Shown: positions 9,326-17,002 of the stretch, piece after piece
How positions within the stretch are numbered: position 1 is the first letter of the stretch
How the letters are laid out: each line of letters begins with the position of its first letter
Origin: an uncultured Candidatus Saccharibacteria bacterium
Lineage (GTDB): Bacteria > Patescibacteriota > Saccharimonadia > Saccharimonadales > JAUPVS01
Assembly: GCA_964395925.1 (NCBI GenBank)
Contig: CAYNBU010000003.1
Coordinates: 6,272-36,811 of the forward strand
Reading direction: 5' to 3'
DNA length: 30,540 nt
Position numbers and translations under genes: made by a program
The notes under the pieces: model-generated
What the model was told of the DNA's origin: nothing
Database searches by the model: none
The model's input: only the letters and a program-made list of their open reading frames with translations

Positions 9326-9667
9326 CTATTTTACTTCGGCTGCTTCAGCAGGAGCTTCGGCTTCGTCTTCTTTTTTGGCACGAACTTTGCCAGCGCTCTT
9401 CATGCGAGCTTGGCGAGCCTTTTCGGCAGCCTGTGCGCGAGCCTTAAACTTGTCGACGCGACCTTCGATGTCGAGTACGCGTTCTTCACCAGTAAAGAAT
9501 GGGTGAGAGCTGCTGCTAATATGAACTTTTACCAGTGGGTATTCGGTACCTTCGTAGGTGATGGTTTCTTCGGCGTCAACCGTCGAACGGGTGAGGTACT
9601 TGGTGCCGTCGTTGAGGTCTTCGAACACAACAGGGCGATAGTTTTTGGGGTGTAGATCTTTTTTCAT
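9326..9667 (-). CDS. rpmE2: 50S ribosomal protein bL31 type B (Zn-free) with Ala/Lys/Glu-rich C-terminal extension
   Basis: [35 protein letters not shown] and GRVDKF. No Cys. Confidence 0.95.
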   Translation of the reverse strand: MKKDLHPKNYRPVVFEDLNDGTKYLTRSTVDAEETITYEGTEYPLVKVHISSSSHPFFTGEERVLDIEGRVDKFKARAQAAEKARQARMKSAGKVRAKKEDEAEAPAEAAEVK

Positions 9668-9744
9668 GATAATCCTTGCTCGATTAGTTTACCGGTTAGC
9701 AGTGAGCGAGGCTGCAGTCGGTCGTGCCATAATGCACAAAACTA
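9668..9744 (-). ncRNA. Candidate cis-regulatory structured leader of rpmE2
   Basis: Nested helices found by eye on the minus strand: TAGTTT/AAACTA, GTGC/GCAC, ACCG/CGGT, GCAG/CTGC. A loop is complementary to the SD region. The 5' end coincides with the predicted +1. Confidence 0.55.
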
Positions 9745-9750
9745 GAGGCT

Positions 9751-9779
9751 AGTATACACCTCTGTTGGTAAATCGTCAA
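9751..9779 (-). promoter_or_regulatory. rpmE2 promoter
   Basis: Minus strand TTGACG (9774-9779)-N17-TATACT (9751-9756). Confidence 0.8.
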
Positions 9780-9787
9780 GACAGGGG

Positions 9788-9816
9788 TTGCAGAAAATAG
9801 CCCTCTCTGTTACAAT
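9788..9816 (+). promoter_or_regulatory. rpsB-tsf promoter
   Basis: TTGCAG (9788-9793)-N17-TACAAT (9811-9816), back-to-back with the rpmE2 promoter. Confidence 0.75.
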
Positions 9817-9822
9817 GAACCC

Positions 9823-9925
9823 ACTAACAAAGTAATCAGTTTGGGATGCAATCCTCCTTTGTTCAACCCGTGTAGGGCAGCAAAGGTACCCAAATGAAGA
9901 TCAAGGATGCAAGGAGAAAACACCC
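9823..9925 (+). promoter_or_regulatory. Structured ~100-nt 5' leader of rpsB (candidate uS2 autoregulatory site)
   Basis: TTTGGG(9840-45)/CCCAAA(9889-94), CCTTTG(9856-61)/CAAAGG(9881-86) and CCC/GGG apical hairpin. SD AAGGAG at 9911-9916. Position matches the known S2-controlled rpsB leader. Confidence 0.55.
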
Positions 9926-10660
9926 ATGGCTACAAATAATGTAGACGTCAAACAACTATTAGAGGCTGGTGCGCATTTTGGGCACAAGAGCAGCCGTTGG
10001 CACCCAAAGATGGCGCCATACATTCACAGCAAGCGCGGCGGCAGTCACATTATTGACCTCACCATCACTGCTGAACAGCTCGAAAAGGCACTGAGCTTTA
10101 TCGAACAAATCGCACAAGACGGCAAGCAAGTCGTATTTGTGGGTACCAAGCGCCAGGCGCAGGGCATCCTCAAAACCGCAGCCGAAGCAACCAATATGCC
10201 ATATGTCACTGAGCGTTGGCTCGGTGGTATGCTCACGAATCGCAACACCATTGGCGGTCGTATCAAGCACCTCAAAGACCTCGAAGAAAAAATGGAATCA
10301 GGCGCCTTGGCAGCGAAATACAATAAGCTCGAGGTGCAGCGCTTCCAAGAAGAGATCGAAGAAATGAACCACAACTACGGTGGTATCAAAGATATGAACG
10401 CCAAGCCTGGTGCATTGTTTGTTGTTGACATCATCAAAGAAGATAATGCGGTGCGCGAAGCAACTAAGCTGGGTATTCCAATTGTGGCGATTGTCGACAC
10501 TAATACCGACCCAACCAAGGTTACCTACCCAATTCCTGCAAACGATGATGCTATCAAGACTATTCAGCTGATTGTTGATTATGTCGTTAGTGCAATCAAC
10601 ACCGGTAAAGCAAAAGTTAAAACCGTGAAACCAGATAAAGACGAGGTGGAGGCAAAATAA
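9926..10660 (+). CDS. rpsB: 30S ribosomal protein uS2
   Basis: LLEAGAHFGH...WHPKM.PYI, FVGTKRQA, RWLGGMLTN, IVDTNTDP and PANDDA. Confidence 0.98.
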   Translation: MATNNVDVKQLLEAGAHFGHKSSRWHPKMAPYIHSKRGGSHIIDLTITAEQLEKALSFIEQIAQDGKQVVFVGTKRQAQGILKTAAEATNMPYVTERWLGGMLTNRNTIGGRIKHLKDLEEKMESGALAAKYNKLEVQRFQEEIEEMNHNYGGIKDMNAKPGALFVVDIIKEDNAVREATKLGIPIVAIVDTNTDPTKVTYPIPANDDAIKTIQLIVDYVVSAINTGKAKVKTVKPDKDEVEAK

Positions 10661-11256
10661 TGGCAGTTAATATCGAAGATGTAAAACGACTCAAGAACCT
10701 AACGGGTGTTGGTTTGACCGACGCGAAAGTTGCGCTCGACGAAAACAACGGTGACTTCGACAAAGCTTTAGAAGCTATGCGCAAAAAAGGCCTTACCAAA
10801 GCCGAAAAGCGCGGTGAACGCGAAGCGCGCGCCGGGCTGGTTGGCACGTACGACCACGATGGTCGCATCGGTGTACTGGTAGAAGTAAACTGCGAAACCG
10901 ACTTTGTTGCTCGCAACGAAGTATTTGTGAACTTAGTGAAAGACGTAGCCATGCACATTGCTGCATCTGCACCGCAGTACGTGAGCATCGACGACATTCC
11001 TACCGAAGAAGTCGACAAAGTAAAAGCCGAGTTTGCCGAGAAGGCCAAAGCCGAAGGCAAGCCAGCCGACATGATCGACAAAATCGTTGAAGGCATGGTG
11101 AAGAAGCACTTTGCAGAACGCTGCCTGCTCGACCAGCCCTATGTGAAGAACCCCGACCAAACGGTTGGTGCATTCGTGAAAGAACACATCGCCAAGCTTG
11201 GCGAAAACATCGTGGTGCGCCGCTTTAGCCGTATTGCTCTCGGCGAAATCTCTTAA
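10660..11256 (+). CDS. tsf: Elongation factor Ts (short 198-aa form)
   Basis: VKRLKNLTGVGL.D.K.AL, EVNCETDFVA and RRFSR. TAATG overlap with rpsB. Confidence 0.97.
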   Translation: MAVNIEDVKRLKNLTGVGLTDAKVALDENNGDFDKALEAMRKKGLTKAEKRGEREARAGLVGTYDHDGRIGVLVEVNCETDFVARNEVFVNLVKDVAMHIAASAPQYVSIDDIPTEEVDKVKAEFAEKAKAEGKPADMIDKIVEGMVKKHFAERCLLDQPYVKNPDQTVGAFVKEHIAKLGENIVVRRFSRIALGEIS

Positions 11257-11262
11257 GAGCTC

Positions 11263-11300
11263 TTGACATAAAGTGTATGTATATGATACATTTTATGTAT
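11263..11300 (+). promoter_or_regulatory. RHH-relE promoter with two inverted repeats
   Basis: TTGACA (11263-68)-N18-TACATT (11287-92) with extended TG. ATG lies 6 nt later. Inverted repeats ACATA-N5-TATGT (11266-80) and ATACAT-TTT-ATGTAT (11286-11300). Confidence 0.65.
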
Positions 11301-11574
11301 GAGTAATGCACGAACTCGCACCATTAATATCACCGTACCGCGTGAGTTGCTCAAGCAGGTTGATGCTTTGGCCAAACGCGATTACACAAGTCGCAGCGAC
11401 ATAATCCGCCAGGCACTACTGGATAAGATTCGTCGCCCAGCAAACCGTCAGTTAGACGAATGGGGAGATCCAATCGGCGAAAACTGGCAAACGGTTGTAG
11501 ATTTTCGCGATAAAAATGGCAGCGGCGTGCCTATAGAAGACCTTATTGCAGCTATCGATGAACATGTGAAGTAA
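11299..11574 (+). CDS. Ribbon-helix-helix (CopG/NikR-like) antitoxin
   Basis: TINITVPRELLKQVDALA....SRSDIIRQAL RHH pattern and acidic C-terminus. Lies 8 nt upstream of a RelE-like gene. Confidence 0.85.
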   Translation: MSNARTRTINITVPRELLKQVDALAKRDYTSRSDIIRQALLDKIRRPANRQLDEWGDPIGENWQTVVDFRDKNGSGVPIEDLIAAIDEHVK

Positions 11575-11582
11575 TTTCTGTT

Positions 11583-11831
11583 ATGGCAGATAAAATAAAT
11601 AAATTCCTAGCGAGTCTTTCAAAAGACAAGTTGCTATACGTTCGGGGGTATCTTGATAGAATCAGATTAAACGATACTGCTGGTATGGACATAAAACCTA
11701 TAAAGGGTCACAAAGGTGTGTACCGCGTACGAGCTGGGAGGTATAGAATAATTTTTATGCCCACTGGCTCCAAGAGTGCAGAGGTATTGCATGTTGGTAA
11801 AAGAGATGAGCGAACCTATCGCGATTTCTAG
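11583..11831 (+). CDS. relE: RelE/StbE family toxin
   Basis: 82 aa and basic, with DIKPIKG..GVYRVRAGRYRIIF and V.HVGKR...Y RelE-superfamily motifs. About 41% GC by hand count. Confidence 0.88.
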   Translation: MADKINKFLASLSKDKLLYVRGYLDRIRLNDTAGMDIKPIKGHKGVYRVRAGRYRIIFMPTGSKSAEVLHVGKRDERTYRDF

Positions 11832-11871
11832 GCAATAACGGTATACTAGCAGCAGGTTAATAAAGGAATCT

Positions 11872-12435
11872 ATGGAACCAAATCAAATCATCGAAACAAG
11901 CAAAACTAAACTGCAAGCTGCATTGGCGCACTTTCAGGAAGAGCTGAAAAAGCTGCGCACTGGACGAGCCCATGCCGGCATGCTCGACGGCGTAACAGTC
12001 GAAGTGTATGGTACCGAAATGCCGCTCAACCAAACCGCAAACATCAGCGCACCCGAGGCCCAGCTCATTCAGGTTACGCCGTTCGACCCAAACAACATCG
12101 CGGCTATTTCGGCTGCCATTCGCGACAACCAAAGCTTGGGGCTCAACCCGAGCGACGATGGCCATGTGGTGCGCATTCCCATTCCGGCACTCACCGAAGA
12201 GCGCCGCCGCGACATTACGAAACAGGTTGGTGCCAAGCTCGAAGACTACATGATCAGCTCGCGGAGTATCCGCCACGACGCGCTCGACCTCATCAACCAG
12301 GCCAAAAAAGACAAAGACATCGGCGAAGATGACGCCAAGCGCCTGAGCGCTCAGGTAGAAGAGGCCATGAACGCTACCAAGCTCCAGGCCGAAGCTGCCG
12401 CCAAAGCCAAAGAAGCCGAAATTATGACGGTTTAA
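11872..12435 (+). CDS. frr: Ribosome recycling factor
   Basis: LKKLRTGRA...LD.V.VEVYG, LGLNPSDDG and IP.LTEERR. SD AAAGGA at 11862-67; own -10 TATACT at 11842-47. Confidence 0.97.
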   Translation: MEPNQIIETSKTKLQAALAHFQEELKKLRTGRAHAGMLDGVTVEVYGTEMPLNQTANISAPEAQLIQVTPFDPNNIAAISAAIRDNQSLGLNPSDDGHVVRIPIPALTEERRRDITKQVGAKLEDYMISSRSIRHDALDLINQAKKDKDIGEDDAKRLSAQVEEAMNATKLQAEAAAKAKEAEIMTV

Positions 12436-12464
12436 GCCAATACTTAGGCTATAATAGAACGAAC

Positions 12465-13157
12465 ATGTCAGAGACTACTGAAATACTGCCCACGCACATC
12501 GGGTTCATCTTAGATGGAAACCGCCGGTGGGCCAAGGCCAACGGCAAACCGACCTTTGAAGGTCATCGCCAAGGCCTCGAAACTTTGAAAGAAGTTTCGC
12601 TGGCAGCTTTCGATAAGGGTATCGACTATGTTTCGGCCTACGCGTTTTCGGAAGAGAACTGGCAGCGAACTCAAGAAGAGGTTTCGTACCTCATGGGCTT
12701 GACCATTAAGGCTATGACCAAACATTTGAACACGTTTCACGATGCTGGGATTCGCTTGGTGATGCTTGGTTCGCGCAATCGGCTCGACAAAAAAGTGCTA
12801 AAGGCCATCGACGAGGCAATCGAAACAACCAAAAACAACACACGCGGTACGTTGGCATTGTGCTTCAACTACGGCGGCCATCAAGAAATCGCTGCGGCCG
12901 CCCAGGCATTGGTTGACCAGAACGAACAAACCATTACGCCAGAAAAGTTAGCACAGCATTTGTATGCTCCCGAAATTCCGCCCGTCGACTTAATTATTCG
13001 TACCTCTGGCGAGCGTCGTATTAGTGGATTTATGTTGTGGCGCGCAAGTTACTCAGAACTGTATTTTACCGATGTAATGTGGCCCGATTTTTCGGTAAAA
13101 GATCTTAATGCTGCCTGCAGTGACTACGCGCATCGCCAACGGAGATTCGGAGCTTAA
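12465..13157 (+). CDS. uppS: Undecaprenyl diphosphate synthase (cis-prenyltransferase)
   Basis: HIGFILDGNRRWA, YAFSEENWQR, FNYGG and IIRTSGE.RISGFMLW. Confidence 0.96.
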   Translation: MSETTEILPTHIGFILDGNRRWAKANGKPTFEGHRQGLETLKEVSLAAFDKGIDYVSAYAFSEENWQRTQEEVSYLMGLTIKAMTKHLNTFHDAGIRLVMLGSRNRLDKKVLKAIDEAIETTKNNTRGTLALCFNYGGHQEIAAAAQALVDQNEQTITPEKLAQHLYAPEIPPVDLIIRTSGERRISGFMLWRASYSELYFTDVMWPDFSVKDLNAACSDYAHRQRRFGA

Positions 13158-14285
13158 ATGTCGCTATTCTTGATTATCTTGGGGCTGCTTTTGTTTGTCG
13201 GTTTGGTGATTGTGCACGAAATTGGTCACTTCATTGCCGCACGTCGAAATGGCATCGAGGTAGAAGAATTCGGTATTGGATTCCCGCCGCGCGCTAAAGT
13301 TGTTACCAAAAAACACGGAACGATCTTTAGCGTGAACTGGTTGCCGCTTGGCGGGTTCGTCAAGCTCAAAGGCGAACACGACAGCGACACCGAGCCTGGC
13401 AGTTTTGGAGCCGCAAGTTTTGGCGCAAAAGTGAAGGTTATGGTTGCGGGCGTAGTTATGAACCTTATTGCCGCTTTCGGAATCCTTACATTAGTTGCGC
13501 TGATTGGTATGCCAAAGATTATCGACAACCAATTTACGGTGTCGAACGATAGCAAAGTCATAAAGCAGCAAGTGCTGGTTGGCTATGTGGAGCCCGATTC
13601 ACCAGCAGCGCAGGCAGGTATTGTGGCCCGCGACGAAGTACTTACTATTGGTGCACCAGGTGAAGAGCCGGTAACGATCACCAGTAAAGAACAACTACCT
13701 GAGGTTACCAAAGAGTTCGAAGGCCAAACGGTTGAAATCACCCTCAAGCAAGGGAGTGAAACAGTCACCAAAACTGCGGCGTTGCGCTCAACTGCCGAAG
13801 TCGAAGCCAGCAAAGAAACAGACACTCCCAAGGGCTATCTGGGCCTCAGCCCCACCGAATACACGTTGACGCGGGCAACCTGGTCGGCGCCAATTGTAGC
13901 GCTTGGCCTCATGAAGCAGCTCACCATTGCCACGTTGCAGGGCTTAGGCTCGGCACTAGCACATCTGTTTACGGGTAACGCAGCAGAGGCGAGCAGTCAG
14001 GTTGCTGGCCCGGTAGGAGTGTTTGTGCTCATCAAAGATGGCAGTTTACTCGGTATCCAGTTTATTTTGCTCATTATTGCGGTCATTTCACTCACACTTG
14101 CCATCATGAACATTTTGCCGATACCTGCGCTCGATGGAGGGCGACTATTCATCATGGTATTCTTCCGCCTTATTCGCCAACCGCTAACGCCCAAGAAAGA
14201 AGAAACCATCAACGGTATTGGCTTTGCAATCCTCATGCTGCTGTTTGTAGTTATTACGTTTGTGGATATTAAACGGTTCTTCTAG
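13158..14285 (+). CDS. rseP: RseP-type site-2 (M50) metalloprotease with PDZ
   Basis: HEIGH zinc motif, EEFGIGF, LPLGGFVKL, PDZ (PDSPAAQAGI) and NILPIPALDGG. Confidence 0.93.
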   Translation: MSLFLIILGLLLFVGLVIVHEIGHFIAARRNGIEVEEFGIGFPPRAKVVTKKHGTIFSVNWLPLGGFVKLKGEHDSDTEPGSFGAASFGAKVKVMVAGVVMNLIAAFGILTLVALIGMPKIIDNQFTVSNDSKVIKQQVLVGYVEPDSPAAQAGIVARDEVLTIGAPGEEPVTITSKEQLPEVTKEFEGQTVEITLKQGSETVTKTAALRSTAEVEASKETDTPKGYLGLSPTEYTLTRATWSAPIVALGLMKQLTIATLQGLGSALAHLFTGNAAEASSQVAGPVGVFVLIKDGSLLGIQFILLIIAVISLTLAIMNILPIPALDGGRLFIMVFFRLIRQPLTPKKEETINGIGFAILMLLFVVITFVDIKRFF

Positions 14286-14287
14286 AT

Positions 14288-15085
14288 ATGAGTGAAAGTG
14301 AGCCCCCCAAAGAAGCGGTAAAGCCAGAGGCAAGCAGCGCTCGTAAACCGCCGACCATTACGTGGGGGCCGATTGCGGCGATTGTAGTTTCGGTGCTGCT
14401 GTACTTTGGTTCGCAGATTATCGGGAGTTCCATATTACTGGTTGTGGGCCAGCTGCAGGGCATTTCAGGCGACCAACTCAACAGGTGGTTCGAACAAACC
14501 GGCCCGCAGTTTTTGTACATAGCCTCGGTGGAGTTTATTACGCTGAGCGGCTTGGCACTATTCTTACATACACGAAAAGCCGGGTTCCGCACGTTGGGGC
14601 TGGTAAAGCCTGCCTGGAAGGATCTAGCCTGGGCGCTGACTGGCTTTGGTATTTATTTTCCGGCGCTGATTGCCACCACCATTGCGGTGAAGCTGTGGTT
14701 CCCGGGGATTGACCTCGACCAGGAGCAGCAGATCGGGTTCCAGGCAGCACACGGCTTCTGGCCGCTGCTCCTAGTATTTGTGAGCTTAGTTGTGCTTCCG
14801 CCCGTGACCGAAGAAATCGTCACCCGCGGGTTCTTGTATTTGGGCCTCAAATCAAAACTCAAACGCTACTGGGCGATTATTATCACCAGTGCAATTTTTG
14901 CCATTGCACATTTGCAATTTGGGAGCGGCGCACCACTGTTATGGTCGGCAGCCATCGACACCTTTATTTTGTCGGTAATCCTCATTTACGTGCGCGAAAA
15001 GACGGGCGCGCTGTGGGCGTCTATTGGGCTGCATATGATCAAAAACGGCCTAGCTTTCTGTACCCTATTTCTTTTTGCAAAGTAA
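14288..15085 (+). CDS. CPBP (Abi/CAAX) intramembrane glutamic protease
   Basis: Multi-TM, with EEIVTRG (EExxxR), FAIAH and H...N motifs. Confidence 0.88.
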   Translation: MSESEPPKEAVKPEASSARKPPTITWGPIAAIVVSVLLYFGSQIIGSSILLVVGQLQGISGDQLNRWFEQTGPQFLYIASVEFITLSGLALFLHTRKAGFRTLGLVKPAWKDLAWALTGFGIYFPALIATTIAVKLWFPGIDLDQEQQIGFQAAHGFWPLLLVFVSLVVLPPVTEEIVTRGFLYLGLKSKLKRYWAIIITSAIFAIAHLQFGSGAPLLWSAAIDTFILSVILIYVREKTGALWASIGLHMIKNGLAFCTLFLFAK

Positions 15086-15102
15086 TAAGGTAGGATGGTG
15101 GT

Positions 15103-15168
15103 ATGAGCTGCAAATCATGCGTAGAACTCATCGTAGCGACACCGCCAATTATGGAGGTGGATGTTTAG
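15103..15168 (+). CDS. Candidate proS leader peptide MSCKSCVELIVATPPIMEVDV (21 aa)
   Basis: Translated by hand; absent from the ORF track. Tandem Pro codons CCG CCA at 15142-15147. The stop TAG lies inside the 5' strand of a hairpin that competes with a terminator. Preceded by AGGA (SD-like) and TAGGAT (-10-like, 6 nt upstream). Confidence 0.5.
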   Translation: MSCKSCVELIVATPPIMEVDV

Positions 15169-15195
15169 TTTTTTATAGATAAAACCTAAACATCA

Positions 15196-15220
15196 CCCCT
15201 CGAAACCCGAGGGGATTTTT
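15196..15220 (+). terminator. Intrinsic terminator / attenuator upstream of proS
   Basis: CCCCTCG-AAACC-CGAGGGG followed by ATTTTT, ending 19 nt before the proS GTG. Confidence 0.7.
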
Positions 15221-15239
15221 AGTAGAAAGGAAGACCAAC

Positions 15240-16493
15240 GTGCGTGTAACAGAACTGTTCACCAAGACCCGCAAGCAGGCGCCAGCCGACGAAGTGTCGA
15301 AAAATGCCCAATTGCTCATCAAAGCCGGATTTATCCATAAAGAAATGGCAGGCGTCTATGCCTATTTGCCGCTTGGTCTCCGCGTCCTCGAAAATATCAA
15401 GGCAATTATCAGAGAAGAAATGAACGGGGTTGGTGGTCAGGAGCTCTTGATGACCAGCTTGCAATCCAAAGAAACATGGGAAGTCACCTCACGATGGGAT
15501 GACGAAGTTGTTGATGTTTGGTTTAAGTCGCAACTTAAAGATGGCACTGACGTAGGGTTTGGTTGGTCGCACGAAGAACCAATTGTTAATATGGTCAAGC
15601 AACAGCTGAGTAGCTACAAGGATCTGCCGATTAACGTGTATCAATTCCAGACTAAGCTTCGTAACGAGCTTCGTGCAAAAAGTGGCATCATGCGCGGCCG
15701 CGAATTCCTCATGAAAGACATGTACTCGTGTAGTGTCAGCGAAGAGCAGCACGAGAAGTTTTATCAAGCAACAATCGAAGCATATAACCGTATTTTTGAT
15801 CGTTTAGGCATTGGCGAAGATACGTATGTGACTTTTGCTAGCGGTGGAGCATTCACACAGTTTAGCCACGAATTCCAAACGGTGTGTGAAGCCGGTGAAG
15901 ATGTAATCTACTTAGACGAAGAACATAACATTGCGGTGAACGAAGAGGTGCTCAACGACGAAACGCTCAACAAGCTTAATGTTAAAAAAGAGGATCTCAA
16001 AAAAGTAAAAAGCGCCGAAGTTGGCAACATTTTTAACTTCGGAACACATAAAAGCGAACAGATGAACTTCACCTTTACCAACGAGGCAGGCGAGCGCGAA
16101 TTTGTGCATCTTGGCTCGTATGGTATTGGTGTCACCAGAGTAATGGGCGTGATTGTCGAAAAGCTTGCCGATGAAAAAGGCCTGGTATGGCCAGCCAACA
16201 TTGCACCGTTTCAGGTATACCTTGCACGGCTTGGTGACAAACCGGAGGTTGTCAAAGCGGCCGACGACCTGTATCATCAACTGCAAGAAACAAATATTGA
16301 GGTTCTGTACGACGATCGTGATGTCCGGCCCGGCGAGAAATTCGCCGACGCCGAGTTAATTGGTATCCCGTATCGAGTAGTGATCAGCGAAAAGACAGTC
16401 GCCGAGGGTAAAGTTGAACTCAAGGCTCGCACCGATTCCGACAGTACGTTGGTAACTACAGAAGAGATCCTCAAGATCGGTAAGAGTAAGTAA
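15240..16493 (+). CDS. proS: Proline--tRNA ligase, short bacterial type without full INS editing domain
   Basis: LLIKAGFI, GVYAYLPLG, motif 2 QTKLRNE.R...G.MRGREF.MKD.YS, motif 3 GSYGIGVTR and anticodon domain DDR...GEKF.DA.LIG.P. GTG start with SD GAAAGGAAG. Confidence 0.96.
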   Translation: MRVTELFTKTRKQAPADEVSKNAQLLIKAGFIHKEMAGVYAYLPLGLRVLENIKAIIREEMNGVGGQELLMTSLQSKETWEVTSRWDDEVVDVWFKSQLKDGTDVGFGWSHEEPIVNMVKQQLSSYKDLPINVYQFQTKLRNELRAKSGIMRGREFLMKDMYSCSVSEEQHEKFYQATIEAYNRIFDRLGIGEDTYVTFASGGAFTQFSHEFQTVCEAGEDVIYLDEEHNIAVNEEVLNDETLNKLNVKKEDLKKVKSAEVGNIFNFGTHKSEQMNFTFTNEAGEREFVHLGSYGIGVTRVMGVIVEKLADEKGLVWPANIAPFQVYLARLGDKPEVVKAADDLYHQLQETNIEVLYDDRDVRPGEKFADAELIGIPYRVVISEKTVAEGKVELKARTDSDSTLVTTEEILKIGKSK

Positions 16494-16518
16494 CAGAGTA
16501 ATCAGAAGGGTAAAAATT

Positions 16519-16980
16519 ATGAACAAAGCATTTCACTTAACCAAAGAAGGCAAAGCCGAATTAGAAGCAGAATTACAGGAGCTTATCGCCCAGCGCGGCC
16601 CCGTTGCAGAACGCATTAAGTCGGCTCGTGAATTTGGTGACTTATCCGAAAACGCCGAATACACCTCTGCATTGCAAGAGCAAGAGAAGGTCGAAAGCCG
16701 CATTGCCGAAATCGAGCACATCCTGCAAAATGCCGAAATCATCACCAAGCCGCGCGGCGACAGCAAGGTACAGCTTGGCTCAAGCGTAAAGCTGAAGGGC
16801 GAAGCAGGTAAGGCCAAGGAATTCCAGGTTGTTGGTACTGTTGAGGCCGACCCACTCAACGGTAAGATCTCTGACGAATCACCAATCGGCCAAGCGCTGA
16901 TGGGCAAAAAAGTCGGTGACGCAGTCGAAATCAAGACTCCGGTCGAAACTGCAACCTACAAAGTCGTCGAAATTTCGTAA
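16519..16980 (+). CDS. greA: Transcription elongation factor GreA
   Basis: AREFGDLSENAEY and ISDESPIGQAL.GKKVGD. Confidence 0.97.
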   Translation: MNKAFHLTKEGKAELEAELQELIAQRGPVAERIKSAREFGDLSENAEYTSALQEQEKVESRIAEIEHILQNAEIITKPRGDSKVQLGSSVKLKGEAGKAKEFQVVGTVEADPLNGKISDESPIGQALMGKKVGDAVEIKTPVETATYKVVEIS

Positions 16981-17002
16981 ATCTCCAGTATACTAATACC
17001 TA

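Noticed and set aside
15086-15239. T-box riboswitch upstream of proS (AATT...GGTGGATG resembles a T-box)
   Set aside because: The UGGNACC bulge is incomplete (UGGAUGU), there is no room for stem I or a specifier loop, and an open Pro-Pro uORF explains the layout better.
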